DNA of 64,000 bases. Origin: Pseudovirgaria hyperparasitica. Its lineage: Eukaryota. Position numbers and translations under genes: made by a program. Shown here in pieces: positions 1 to 13,307 of the stretch (within the stretch, counting starts at the first letter, position 1; the number at the start of each line of letters is the position of its first letter). The notes beneath the pieces are model-generated. The model searched no databases, was not told the DNA's origin, and worked only from the letters and a program-made list of their open reading frames with translations. The DNA lies in assembly GCA_010093815.1 (NCBI GenBank), contig ML996566.1; one strand, written 5' to 3'.

Positions 1-1828
1 CTGATTTTATATGCAAGAGCAAGCAATCATGAACGACCACCATGACACGAACAGAACCTTCCCAGCTCTTTGTCGAAATGGCATAGACAAATCTGAACTA
101 TACAGCCCACCGTAGCCAGACCTCCAGGTATGTACGACGTTCAAGGAACCCTTTCAGAGCTCTCTCCGTCTGTTCATATCTCTCATTCCGCTTATACACC
201 ACTTCTGTCATGCGGCGTTCCGCCACATTGCATTAGAAGCTGCCATACGTTCAGCATCATTTTTTCGAAATCGATTGGTGATGGGCAAGTAATATAGTGT
301 GCACCGTGGCTGGTATCTGGTATAGGTAGACGAGTAGATCGCTCCTCTTTGGCATAGGTGTCATATAACACGGCGTATTGAAGATGTTTTCGTAACATAC
401 AGCGCTGGAAAGAGAAGAAAAGAAGACAAAAGAGGTAGTTGACAAGGTCACTTAGGTATATACCTATTAAAGCCGGGGGCATGAGCTCAGGTCGAGCATC
501 CATCCATACACCTTGCAGGTTGAACTATGCCTCGGTCAATGTCCTCTGGCTACCTCCCTGGTTGCTTCCATGCACTACATACACTATCCATGTGGACTGA
601 CGGTTAGACATCGAGATACTTCAGATACTCATACTCAAAGATTCGAGGCAAACTGTGGTGCAGACTGGGGGTATATGATGTCATGTATGTATATACATGT
701 ACATACTAGGTATAGTATAGTATATATACACAGCTCAGTTCTCGCCAACATGCGGACTATCACGTCCTAATCAGACTTCCCAATTCGTGTTACTAACTCG
801 TGATCTTCGTTCTCAGACGACTTCTACTTCTCATCGTCGCAACAGACTTCTCCATACGTTTGCTGCTACGCCAATTAGGGTGTACCAGTAAGATTGATGT
901 AAGGATCGCTCTCAGCTCTTGCCCTACCCCTGCTCCACTCAAGTTCCTCTATGTTCAGTTCGTATCCATTTACTTTTCCCTTCTTCCGGTTAGACCCTCT
1001 TGTAATCACTCACAATGTCAAATCAGCGGCGAAGTAGACAGCAGCCCTAACAACGGCGGCCATCAAGAGATCAGCGGAATTTGCGAGTAACCCGCCGATA
1101 CATCTGCTGCTGCCAGCCCTGTGAACGGTAGGTTGGGGAGGAGACTTGGAATATAAGCTGAATGGCTGCGCGAGGGATCCTGGTCTCGGAAGGTAAGGCT
1201 TTCACGGCGTATGCGCCGGCGGCGACGCAGACGGATGTGCCAGGTGAATTTGATCAAAAAGAAAAATAAAGAGAGGCAAACGAGAGAAGAGATTCCTGAA
1301 TGAAGGTAGGAATGGGAAGCATGCATATACAGACTGGTATGATTGGATCATATATATACATATATACATACCTGCTAGGTTGCTGTTGCTACAAAGATAC
1401 GCTAAAAGATCTCAAGGTGTTGAGCATTTTTGTCTGCGTATCTTGCTCGCCCAGACAGACCTTCGGCTCAGAATGTGTGGAGGAGGATTGGATAGGGGGT
1501 AATAGTGCTCTTACATCTTCAGTACCTTGCCAACAGTGTACGACAGGGAGCTGCCCATGGTCGAGCTTGACTTGACCGAGATTTTTACTCTTATATTCCT
1601 TAGTGACTCGGTAGATTATCTAATTGTGAGCTTGTCGTATGTATGCTCACTTTGGGTGGACTGTCTGGTTCGTCAGGCGGTGGGTGTACCAAACCTATCA
1701 GACATTGCCAGGGCCTCCTGATGCACTCCATGCGCCTGGGCACCTTGAGAATTGGACCTATCCGGAAGATTCCACGGATGGCGTTGAATTTGCATGTTTT
1801 TGATTTATAGGCAAATCGGTTCCTCGCT

Positions 1829-2658
1829 TTATCCGCTCACTTTTAATCGCTTCAGTCCCTCTAAGCCATCGGCGCCTTCTTCCTCGTCCTCTTCGTCTGT
1901 CTTACCAGCCAGGCCTCGTTCCCATAGTTCCCTGCCGGTAAGCTTCTTCTCTTCCTTCGCAACTCGCCTCTTCTTGTCTTCAATCTCTTTCTCTTCTTGC
2001 TTACGTTTCTCCTCCTCGACCATCTCTTGTCGAAACCTTTCTCTCCACTCCAGAAACGATTTCTTTGTCACTGCGGTGCCGACAAATTTTCGGTTCTCTT
2101 CCTCTTCTGCCTTTGCTGCCTCAAATTCCTTTTCTGCCTCCTCTGCTTTTTGTCGCTCTGTGACTAGGAGCTCAGCGCTGTCCTTGAGAGTGCTAACGAG
2201 GGTAAAGACCATAGCCATTCCTATATTCTCTTCTATTGTAGTTTGAAGGGACTCCAGTAGCCGAGGCTTATCCTCTTGAATGTCAAGAAGGGGGTGCTTG
2301 GGCGCATTCGAAGGGGCTGATATGTCCAATTCGGGGGCTTCATCTGGATAGTCTGGAGGATATCGGACGTGCAGGAGTATCGTCGCTAAAGATGCATGAG
2401 ACTATGACGTTCGTGTAGTGCGCTCGTATGAATAACGTACGCAGTTCTTCGGCATCATCGCCATCAATTGAGTAATCTGGTGATACGTCGAGCGCTATTG
2501 AAACGCGGTATTCGGTGTCTGTCACATCTGAGAAGTGAGAGGTCAGTATGAGCTATATCTGACTTCTAATCACGAACTAAGGTAAGCATACCTGTAATTT
2601 CATCTGGAAAGATCGAGTCGAGGACTTCTCTCTCCTCCTTTTGCTCTTCTATACCCAT
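1829..2658 (-). CDS. GIR2: RWD-domain protein (Gir2/RWDD1 family, partner of DRG/Rbg GTPases); 3 exons
   Basis: Spliced frame MGIEEQKEEREVLDSIFPDEI..YPPDYPDEAP (RWD YPxxYP motif)..ENIGMAMVFTLVS..GTAVTKKSFLEWRERF..KLTGRELWERGL. GT-AG introns at about 2591-2528 and 2440-2386 restore the frame. Confidence 0.9.
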
Positions 2659-2887
2659 TTTACTGAGAAGTACAGCGGGTGCGCTCGATGTTGACCTGAG
2701 CTTTGTCGCGGGGCTAGATTTAGCGGGGTCGCCAGCGTCACCCGTCGATCGCGTGTGCTCTGCCGCAGCCAAATTTTTTTGGACGCCAAGATTTCGCGAT
2801 TTGAGGTCAAGATTCTCTACAGTGGTAACTTCGTGTTCGGCCTCCTTTTGCTATGAAAGTCCGTGTATACCACTTATTATCACAACC

Positions 2888-4127
2888 ATGGCCCCGACAA
2901 AACCACAAGATCGCAATCGTAGATCGAAGAAGAGCAAGAATCCTGCAAACCAGAATGGAGCTCCAAAGAAGCCCAAGCAAAGGCCGGAAGACTTACTCGC
3001 AGAAGCAATTGCATTGCTGCAGACATCACAACCCGACGAGGCCCTGATACAAGCTCGTCGCGCACTAGCTATCCTACAGCCGCAACCAGAAGAGCCACGT
3101 TTAGAAGCATTGCCTGCACTTAATCTACTTGGGGAGATCTGTGTGGAATTGGGCGATGCTGATACCGCCAGAGAATATTTCACAATTGCAGCAGAACTAG
3201 ATCCAGAAGGCAGCATTCCAGAAGAGTCGGGGGGAGGTTCAGAAAAGTACCTATGGCTGGCGCAACTCTGCGAAGAGGGTGGTGCCGAGAGTGTTCGCTA
3301 TTTCGAGCAAGGCGCAACGATCCTTAGACGGCAGATTGCGCATCTTGAGAGTCTCTTGAAACGGACACCGCTGCAAGAGGCGTTATTAGGTGACAAGAAG
3401 ATCAAGATGGCGAATGCGTTATGTGGAGTGGTAGAGGTGTACATGACAGATCTTTCGTAAGTCTTCCTGCCCACACCCTTATCATAGCAAGTGCCAAGTA
3501 CTGAATGTGGATAGATGGGAAGAAGATGCGGAGGCCAGATGCGAATCCGTTGTCACAGAGGCAATGCTAGTCGCGCCCAACAGTCCGGAGGTCCTCCAAA
3601 CGCTTGCAAATGTACGGATCTCACAGTCAAAGATGGAAGATGCGCAGTCCGCCCTATTACGAAGCCTGGACATATGGAAAGACTTGCCCCCTGAAGACGC
3701 AAAAGTGCCCGACTTCCCGACAAGGATCAGCCTAGCTCGTCTTTTGATGGAGGCAGACATGAAGGAAGAAGGATTTGAGGTGCTTGACAGATTAACGACA
3801 GAGGACGATTGCAGTGTAGAAGCTTGGTATCTAGGAGGGTGGTGTCTCTACTTGCTTGGAGAGGAGGCCAAGTCCACGGCTAGTTCTTCGACAGACAAGA
3901 GTGACGTCTCAGCGCTCCTCACACAAAGTCGGAGATGGTTGAAAAGGGCGCTGAAGCTATACGAAGCGTTGCATTATGAAGACGATCGATTACGGGATCA
4001 CACGGTCGAACTGGTCGAGGAACTGGACAAGACACTAGGTCTAGCAAACGACGAGGATGATGAGGATGATGAATGGGTTGACGAACCCGAGGTCGATAGT
4101 GAAGATGAGACAATGGAAGGAACTTGA
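2888..4127 (+). CDS. ACL4: TPR protein, assembly chaperone of ribosomal protein L4 (Acl4-like); 2 exons
   Basis: Motifs EKYLWLAQL, EVYMTDLS|WEEDAEARCE, PEVLQTLANVRISQ, PDFPTRISLARLLME and EAWYLGGW, plus an acidic tail. Intron 3457-3514 (GTAAGT..TAG). Confidence 0.85.
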
Positions 4128-4727
4128 GACTTTACTGTGTTGTTGGTTCAATGTAACCAGTTCGCTGTAACTTGGCGATCTCGCCTCTTTGTTAAGCTCC
4201 AAATACGTCGTCGGAGTTTCAATCGGGCTCAATCTTGCAAATGAAAGCCAGTAGCAGCCCAAGAGAAAACCCGTACAGTGTCCCAAGCAATGACACTTGC
4301 GAGACACACGACTTGAACATTCTGTACCCTGGTCCTTGTGCACTTCCCAATCAAAACTCTCGGGAGCCCTGATGAGTAACAATAGATCTGCGCCCCACTT
4401 CAAGGAAGCGGGTAGCCCATGTATCCAGATCCTTGCTAGCCCGTGCCCAATTGCGGGCATCTTTGCACAGTAGCAAGCTTCTCGGCTGGCCCTCGCTGCG
4501 AGTATGGGATTCGACAACCACCATCCCGAGTGAAAGTCAAGGGCCTATAAGTCGACTTGCCGATGTCTTCGCTGACTCTACGAACGCAAAATACTCTTAC
4601 GCGACATCATCTACCGGACGCCCTGCTTTGTCCGTTCTTCCAGCTCTCGATAGCTTTCATACCACCCGCTCCGCCGCGCAATTGACGTCTCCATGAGTTC
4701 CTACAAGCAATCTTTTACCCCCGCCAA

Positions 4728-7700
4728 ATGATTTGGTACCTTCTGTACCCATTCCGTGGGTAAGTCGATAGCACTCCATATCTCCAGATAACATATCGTT
4801 CATACGTGTTTCATAGCACCACCGAGCCCCCCAAGCTGCCGACTGATCACCCACTTCGACGAGCATTCGTGAGCCATGGGACTCGCACTTCTCGACATTG
4901 GCTTCTCTCATTGTTGCTATCCACGGCTGTAGGAGTATCTCTGTGCTATCCAGCCTTCTTCCTTTATGGTAGTTCCGCACACACTCCTCACAGTCTCCCC
5001 CGCCATGTCTGGACATCCGCCCGGCAATACGAAGGCAATCCGGAGACACGCGCAGATGTTGAAATGCGACCCATATGGATACATGGGGGTTATATGCAAG
5101 CGCTGGAGCCGGCGATATTTCGCGATGCCACTATTATACAGGATATTATGATAGGTCAAGGATTTGGAGAAAAGCTATGGCATCCTGTAGATGACGCTGC
5201 GAGTGATGCAGCAGTGGATCCACAGACCTTGTCGGTGTCACCATACCCTTGCAACTTATCGTCCGGTACTACAAATCATCAATGGGGATTTCATTCGCCC
5301 TTGATGTTCGCAAATTGCACGATATCGAGAGCTGAAACCACCGAGGAGTTGATCAACAAGCTGAACAACGGCTTATTCTCCCGCTCACATTGGAACATCA
5401 CGCTTCGTCCTTCGACAGTCTTTGCGGGGAAATCTTTCATTCGAAACAGACTTGTAGCGGCCGATGCCTTGGTAATAACACTCTTCGACCGTCTGGGCTT
5501 CGCCATTGGGGATGAATGGCAGTCTAGGGCTGAAGCATTGGTTCGGGCACATGGCCATCATTGGACGTTCTATCCGGAAGGTGCCACAGTGACGCAGAGT
5601 CAACTCTACGAATTCCAGTTCCAACCGATGAGCCTCAATGAGGATATTTCGATTTCTCTGGCGTACTTCCTCACGGCACTGTACGTTATCATAAGTCTGC
5701 GCAAGCTCAGAGCGGTCAAAAGCAAACTTGGACTGTTGTTCACAGTCATCGTAGAGGTAACCTGCTCATAAGCCCAACCAGACGTCTATTACCCTCAAAC
5801 TGACAGCTATATTAGATGGCTGTGTCTATACTTGCTAGTTTGACAATTTGCGGCCTGCTTGGGATCCAGCTTAGTCGCATCCCTCGCGAGTTTCATCCAT
5901 TCGTTGTCTCAGTGATTGGACTCGAAAACAGGTAAGTCTCCTCCTCCTTTGTTATGAATGCACACGTTTTTAATGTCCCTCGGGCGTTGTAGGTTTCGCC
6001 TGATAAATGCTGTTATAGCTTACCCTCCTGAGATGCAAACGGTGTCAAGGATAGCTCATGCCCTTGGCGATGTAGGTCCTCTAGCCCTGGGATCCGCTGG
6101 CCAAATGCTCGTCATTCTATGGTTTATTTCGCGGGTTGTATATCCCGACATTGCTGCCCTGTGTACATTTGCAGCTATTGCACTGATATTCGACTTCTTC
6201 TTTCATTTGACATTCTTTACGGCTGTTTTGAGTGTTGACATACGACGTATGGAACTTCAGGAGTTCCTAGATCGAGCCAATCAATCGAAAAAGCAGGATA
6301 ATCATGCTTCAACACACCGCATATCTTGGTTTGAAGCCATGGCTAGCGGAAACATGCCCTTCAGTACTCGGATAGCCGGCACATCTGCAACAGTCTGTTT
6401 CGTGCTCGCATTGAACCTACACTTCTTCAACAGTGAGACTGGGTTTCAACTGCTTTGGGATAGTCTGCATCTAAAACGAACATATCCCCAGGGTACTCAA
6501 GCAGGAAACACAATGCTACCCCCTCCAATCAATCAAGCTCGGACGCCTAGTGCATGGATGGAAATGCAGGACTACGACACCGCTAAAGAGATTATGCACA
6601 TGGTGAAGCCGAATGCTCATAAGTTCATTGCTCGGGTCTATGAGCCTCTGAATATACTTTTGCAACACGCAGATCGCGAACACTCAAAACAAAAGTATCC
6701 GACTCTCTTGGAGATACTCCGCCAATTGGCTAACAAGCATTTCTTTTCCTTCGGGCTTGTCGTCGTGGTCGTGATCTCCTTGACCACACTTCTCATGAAT
6801 TACCTGTTATGGGAAGAGGTCGCTGAAAACCAGGCGCACGCAGGGACTGGTGGAGACCAACTCTCAGTTCAAACTCTACCCTCACCTCAGTCCTACGACA
6901 TCGCTAGAATTTATGCATCCTCAAAAGCAGATGTCATATCAGTCAGCCTTGATAGATCTATTGCTATATGGTTATCAGAGCCTCAAACAAATTCATACTC
7001 GAAAGCAACAGAGATCGACACGAAGACGCGCCAGATCATCTGGCCCGTAGCTCTGGCCACTTTTGACGAAGATAGTATTGTGGCTGTATTCTGCACTGAC
7101 TTTGGCCAACTTGCTTTCTATAGCATGCGCGATAAACGACTATTTAAGGGCAATATCGCATCGGTCGATCTCCGAGGACATGCGCCTGTATCAATTTTTT
7201 TAATGTCATTAGACCTTGAAAATCCAGGGTCGGCCAGGGTCATACTGGTATCATCAGGTGGTCAGTTGCATGATATCGATTTTCGCGGAGGCCAAGTAGC
7301 TGTTCATTGCATTCACGACAAACATGCAACATCAGCATCAATGGTGGGAAACCGAAAGGATGGCTACGTGATTGTCACTACATTCCATGACGGAAGTGTT
7401 GCAGGCTCCAGGCATTCAGATGGGGTCTGGAAGACTGAAGTGGTTCCGACGATTCGTCCACTAAATGGCATGGCAGTTGCTTCTTCGAAGCTGCGTTCTG
7501 TGATACCCCTCCCCGAGCTCGACATGGTAGCCACTGTGGGTCCATCAAAGGTGGATTTGCTCAGGTTGCCAGGTCTTAAAATCGTATATTCATTCCCACT
7601 AGCCTCTTGTCACCGAGACTCGGTTCGCATATTGCATTCCGCTAGTCGTCAGTGCCAATGCTCAGGTACGAGCGTCCGTTCAATCGCAATCGTTTATACA

Positions 7701-8351
7701 GACTCAGTACATCAGAATTGCGTAGTGGAAAGCTATTCCGCAAAGGAAGTATCAGCTTTCATCTGTCTTGGACCTTCAAATGGACGTCTTGAGAATTGCC
7801 TTGGCCTTGAAAGAGCTCAGAAAGGTAGCATGCAGGTTGAGAACCCAGGTGTGTGGGAGACAACCAGCGTCCAATCCATATTGGGAGTTGGGAAGCGCAC
7901 GAAATTTGGCGAGTCTTCAATGAGTACCTCAAGCAAGAGAGAAGACTCCAGAGCAGCTCCATCGCAGAACGGCTCCTTGACGACAAGGCTACGCTTGCAA
8001 AACAATAGTACTCTACGGAACGCAAATAAAAGATTATCAACAGCTGATCTAAGTAATGACAACCACGAGTGGAGAGCATGGACCCTAACAATGAACGGCG
8101 AGTTCCACACACGAAGCCTGGCTTCAAATGCCTTACCTTCTGCATCTTTGAGTACTCAAGAGGAGGAACTCCTAGTCCCAAGAGCTGGTCCTATCGTAAG
8201 AGCAGGAAAAAGAAGTGTGATTGTGGCAGTGGGAAACAGCCTCAAAGTCATCTCAACGGGTAACGAACGTTTCGACGGATCGCCGAATGGATTCGAACAC
8301 CCTATGTCGTCTGTGAAGGGAAGGAAGAAGGGCATGAAGAAGAATATATAA
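4728..8351 (+). CDS. SCAP: SREBP cleavage-activating protein (sterol-sensing domain plus C-terminal WD40-like region); 4 exons
   Basis: Starts MIWYLLYPFRGTTEPP. The SSD segment has IGLEN..FFTAVLSVDIRRMELQE, which resembles mammalian DIRRMELADL. Introns at 4760-4816, 5757-5815 and 5932-5992. Confidence 0.9.
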
Positions 8352-8875
8352 AACAAGGCCTCAGCGTAGCAAGGGGCGTAATGGTGCCGGGCGTCGAAAC
8401 AAGTATCAGTAATAAGGTGATGAAGTGAAGTAAACAGCAGAGCTCTTACGTTTGCGTGTGTCAGTCTAGGATTTTGTCGTTTGTATATACTGGGATTGGA
8501 CGAATGTAATGACTTTAATGGGTACATATAGAGCTCGAGTCACTATAGATCGAGGCGTCATGGGAAACTGTATTTATGTATTGATACCAGGAGACACATA
8601 AAGACCCCTGCAAATGCGCTACTAATCAATAAGGCAGTCCGTAAAAACGATTATTACTCCTTTCGGTATCAAGCTCAGGACCCCACCACCCATCTATTAG
8701 GTACTCCTCGGCCAGGGCTTCAGGGATCTCCAGCTCTCGTCACCCAACAGCTCCTAACGCAGCTCTTTCAATTCAGCATTTATCGCGCCAAGAGGTGCTC
8801 GTTACCCGCGACAAGCCTCACAGTGGCTCGATCATGGATTACAACTACCATTGCCTTCGATTGTGCTAATGCGCC

Positions 8876-11800
8876 ATGACTTATTGGCCCATTTCCGCTC
8901 CGTCCGTTTACGCCGCGAGCAAGCAGCAGCTATCAAAGCGAAACATTCGCACTTCCTACGATGGCTTGGAAGAGCATTCATCGACGGGACGAACTAATCG
9001 ATTGAGTACCCAACATGAAGATGCTTCAGAAAAAGAATCGTCCGTGGAGGAAACCAATGTTAGCAGCGTGAACATTGACGCAACAAAGGCGTCTGAACCC
9101 TCCGTTCACCCTGGACCAGAACGAAGCCCTGTTAACGGAGAGCCTGATATAGCTGGAGAGATTATTGGGCTGCGCGTGACACGTAACGGACATATCTTTT
9201 CCACCATCACAGACTCGACTCTCACAATATGGCAGACCAAAGTAAGACATACTCATCGCCGATTCGAAGCTTCACTGACACTCTGGACACAGCCTACAGC
9301 AATTTTAGCATCTGTTCTACGATCAAAACAGTCTCTTAAAACGTATGGACCAAATGTCAACCTACTCTTACGTCCTGATTCCGCGATCTTCGTCGTTCAG
9401 ACCTCTCTAGGCTACCTTATAACGTACTCGCTAGCGTCCGACCCTACTGCGAGAGTCTATAAACCTCAATTTCCCCTAAATAGCGTTCACAATAGGCGAC
9501 ACAGTATATCTGGCTACAAAGCTGGTAGTAATACAGAATCCATGGTTGGACCAGGAGAAGGAGGGGGCCTTCGTGAAATCAGTCTGCGATTTCGTATGGT
9601 CATCAAAGTCGACGCAGGCATTGCAAAGGCTTTAGCCTTAGATGAAGAGCTGATTGTTGCTACGGAAAGACCCGCAGCGATACAATGCATTCGCTGGGCT
9701 CCTGATAACGCTGGCAGTCAGACTAGTACCGAGCTGCTCAGTCGAATGCAGTGGCTAGGTAACAAGGTCACTATATCTGATATGGTATACGATCGCCCAA
9801 TGAACCTCTCGACGTGGGTTACGAACGAAGGAAAGGCTTTTGCTGTTCAGCGCCTATCGCCGGAAAACGGACATGACACCAAAAAGCGCTCCCTTTTCAA
9901 CGGCTATGCATTCCATGTTCCTGAGAATGATGGCGACATCGCGGTCAAAGCTGCAATAAACGCGAGGTTTTCGTTGATTGCTGTCGGGTGCAAGTGTGGA
10001 TATATCTATGTCTACACGGCGCGCGATTACACGGGCAATATCCCGCTATCGCACAGACTTATGCCCGGCGCAAGCTCGTCAACTACGGGGGCATTGACCT
10101 TCCTTAGCTGGTCGCCTGATGGATATTGCATCTTCGCTGGCTACGAGAAAGGATGGATGATGTGGAGCGTCTTCGGCAAGCCAGGGGCAAACAGCTTCAC
10201 GAGCGATCGCGCTTTATCAGAGAAGACCGAGGAAGGTTGGCTCCTGGGCATACGCGACGGATTCTGGGTTGGGGGTGGGTCACAACTTATGCTCCTCAGT
10301 CCGAATGACAATCGCCTCTGGATGCTAGAGATGGCTAGAAGCGCTGTTGCAGGGTGCTTTTCGTCCGCCAATGTTGCGCGGTCCTTGCTCCAGACGAATA
10401 CGGGCTTCATGATCTACCGTGGATATGACCTCCCCGACATGACGGCGATATCTGCTGATACTTCATTGTGGCATCACGTCCAAGTTCCCGCTGCTTATCT
10501 AGCCGATCAATGGCCAATTCGGAGCGCTGTCATATCATCCGACGGTCGGTACGTTGCTGTCGCTGGCCGCAGAGGGCTCGCTCACTACAGTGTGAACAGT
10601 GGCCGATGGAAAACATTCGACGACACAAGTAAAGAGAATGAGTTCACTGTGAGAGGTGGAATGTGTTGGCACCAGCATGTCCTGATAGTAGCGACTGAGA
10701 GCTCGGAAGCCCATGAGGTTTGTACAACGTAACAAGCATTCTGGACATAAAGATTAACTCTGGTCTAGATTCGAACATATTCTCGCGAAGCGTCGTTGGA
10801 CGACAGTAACGCTGTGCAGGTCGAAAGGTTGGCAGCACCTATCGTGCTGATTGCACCGTCGGGGGATGACTCCTTACTTGTTTACACCTACGAGAATATT
10901 CTTTACCATTTCATCATTAATATCACAAATTCATCGGTAAAACTAGTCCAGGTCGGTCAAATAGCCCTGCATGGTATTATACGTGCACCTCCCAGGGTTC
11001 GGGCTCTGAGCTGGATCCTGCCCGAAAATCAACTCCGTAAGCAACCAAACAAACCGAGCCATTCGTACCGCTAATAATAGAACAGAAAATGGTGATCCTT
11101 CTCAAGACGTTTCTGTGGCATCAATACTGTTTCTAGTGGATGGTAAACTCGTCTTGCTCCAGCCCGCTGCCACTGACAGCGGAGAATTGAAGTACGAGAT
11201 GCGTATAGTGGCACAAAATGTCGAATACTACACCCTGATGCGGGACCAGCCTTCCTTCACAGTGGTTGAGCAGGAAGGTCTTCCTCCTAGCCCAGGAACA
11301 GAGGTCGCAACGAGCGGTATACATACGTACCAGGGTCACGACCTTCGTGACTCTTTGTGGTTCTTTGATGGCCACGATGTTCGCCTTTGGATTGATATTC
11401 AAGACGTCCTGATCACGGCTCCACTGGACACAAGTAGAGATCTGACAGGAGCAGTGAAAATTACTGTTGACTTCTATCCTCTCTCAACGCTCCTTAACAA
11501 GGGTATTTTATTTGGACTAGAGTCTGACCTTGTGCAGCGGCGAGATGGTACCTTTGCGTTCCTTCGCTTCGCAACTAGAGTAAGTCCAGCCCCAGTCAGC
11601 CTCACTCGCTTATTCATGTGATGAGATCGACGGTGTATTAGTGCTGATCACGGCCAGACGCACCTCTTCATACCGCCTCTCTTGCGGCACCACCTATCAC
11701 ACTTCGACTCTCCAGCGGCTTTGCACCTGTCACATCATTATGCTCATCTTGCCTACTTTCCTCACGCCCTAGAGATCCTGTTGCACGACGTACTTGATGA

Positions 11801-12407
11801 AGAGGTTGATGCTCCATCTCAGTCTGAGCATGCTTTGTTACCGAACGTTTTGTCGTTCCTGTCGTCATTCCCACAGTACCTGGACATCGTGGTGCAGTGT
11901 ACGCGTAAGACGGAAGTCAGATCCTGGCGAACCCTTTTCGATCACCTTCCACCCCCGCAGGAACTCTTCGAAGAGTCATTACAACACGGGTCCTTGAAGA
12001 CTGCAGGAGGATATCTACTCGTACTGCACACCTTTGATGAGATTAGTTCCAGCTCATTTCACTCCGTCAGACTGCTCCGACGAGCTAAAGAGGAGCAGGA
12101 CTGGGAGCTTTGCAAAGAACTGGCTCGCTTCTTGATGGCCCTCGATGAAACAGGAGCCACATTACGCGATGCTCTTGCGTCTGTAGACCTACCGTCACCC
12201 CCTGCAGGCGCTCAATCGTTTACTGGTCGAGAACATCTCAATGCTAGTCTTGTACTCAGACCTCGGCCAAAGAGAAATGGCAGTGGTCGCCTAGATAGAC
12301 AGTTCTCCTTCCCAAACAGTGCGGATGGATCTGCTTCAGACACGAGCACGGGGAGGAGTGGGAGCCCTGGTTCCATGGCCTTGGTAACGAACATAGAGAA
12401 CACTTGA
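8876..12407 (+). CDS. RIC1: Ric1 subunit of the Ypt6/Rab6 guanine-nucleotide exchange factor; about 5 exons
   Basis: N-terminal YWP..P; YVAVAGRRGLAHYS..RWKTF; C-terminal RIC1 domain FPHALEILLH..VVQCTRKTE..W..LF..LKTAGGYLLVL..WELCKELARFL. Introns at about 9242-9292, 10718-10768, 11037-11085 and 11580-11657. Confidence 0.92.
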
Positions 12408-13307
12408 ACTGCGCTGCCATAATCGAACCACGCAGACGACTGATGGAGTGACAGCCACGTAGGAGAAACCCTTGCATATTGCCATGGCGATCCTAGCATT
12501 GTGAGGAATATGATGGTAGGCGCCTACTAGACTCAGAACACTGTTGCTATGTAGATGAAGCCATATGTACGAAGAAACCACGTCTACTGCCTGCGAGCCA
12601 ATAAATCATCGCTAGTGACTGCATTGCGTGCAAGATATAGGTCTTATGTTGGTACAAGAACAAGGCTCCAATATCTATGATATTTATATCACTTTGGCCC
12701 CAACAGTCCATATCCATGGATCAAAGAGTGTTCAGAAATGCCGATCCCAATGCCAACTCGTTCGTCGGTCAGACGCCAAATCAGGGCCTGGCGAACCACC
12801 TCCACGGTCGCGGGATGGGCCACGCCAACGACGCCAACCCATGGACACTAAGTGACTTTTAGCTCTGTGCTGCTTGTGAACATGGGCTCGAAACACCGCT
12901 TTTTGTGCTCTCAAACCAATCACCGAGCGCAGCTCGCTAAGCCAGACCCTATGCAATACGGCCAAGTCCGGTCGATTTGGATGGCAGTGAAAGCATAGAC
13001 CATTATGAGATTTGTGATAGATTATTTGATGAGTACTACGTCGCTTTTCTCACATCAGTCTATTTCTACAGTCACTATCGATTGCGACCCTAAGTAAGCA
13101 GTGCAAAGATCAATCCCGGATAGAAGAATAATCCGGCGTGCGGCCTCTACACCGGACCCCAATCTGCCCGATTGCAGCTGTGCACAACACAAAGGCAGTC
13201 ATTTTCTATCCACCGCCTTTTGCTCTTACGTCCTTATTGAAAGAGATCAGATCAAGCACGAGGAGCTCTACATATTGAGACGGCTCAAGACTTATTTCCA
13301 TCTCACT

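Noticed and set aside
770..1330. Short ORFs (800-1090, 1063-1326) and a 35-aa frame ending at about 1269
   Set aside because: No recognisable family and no consistent splice model; a small gene cannot be excluded.
12628..12965. Short overlapping ORFs between RIC1 and the transcription-factor-like gene
   Set aside because: No start or splice model and no recognisable motif.
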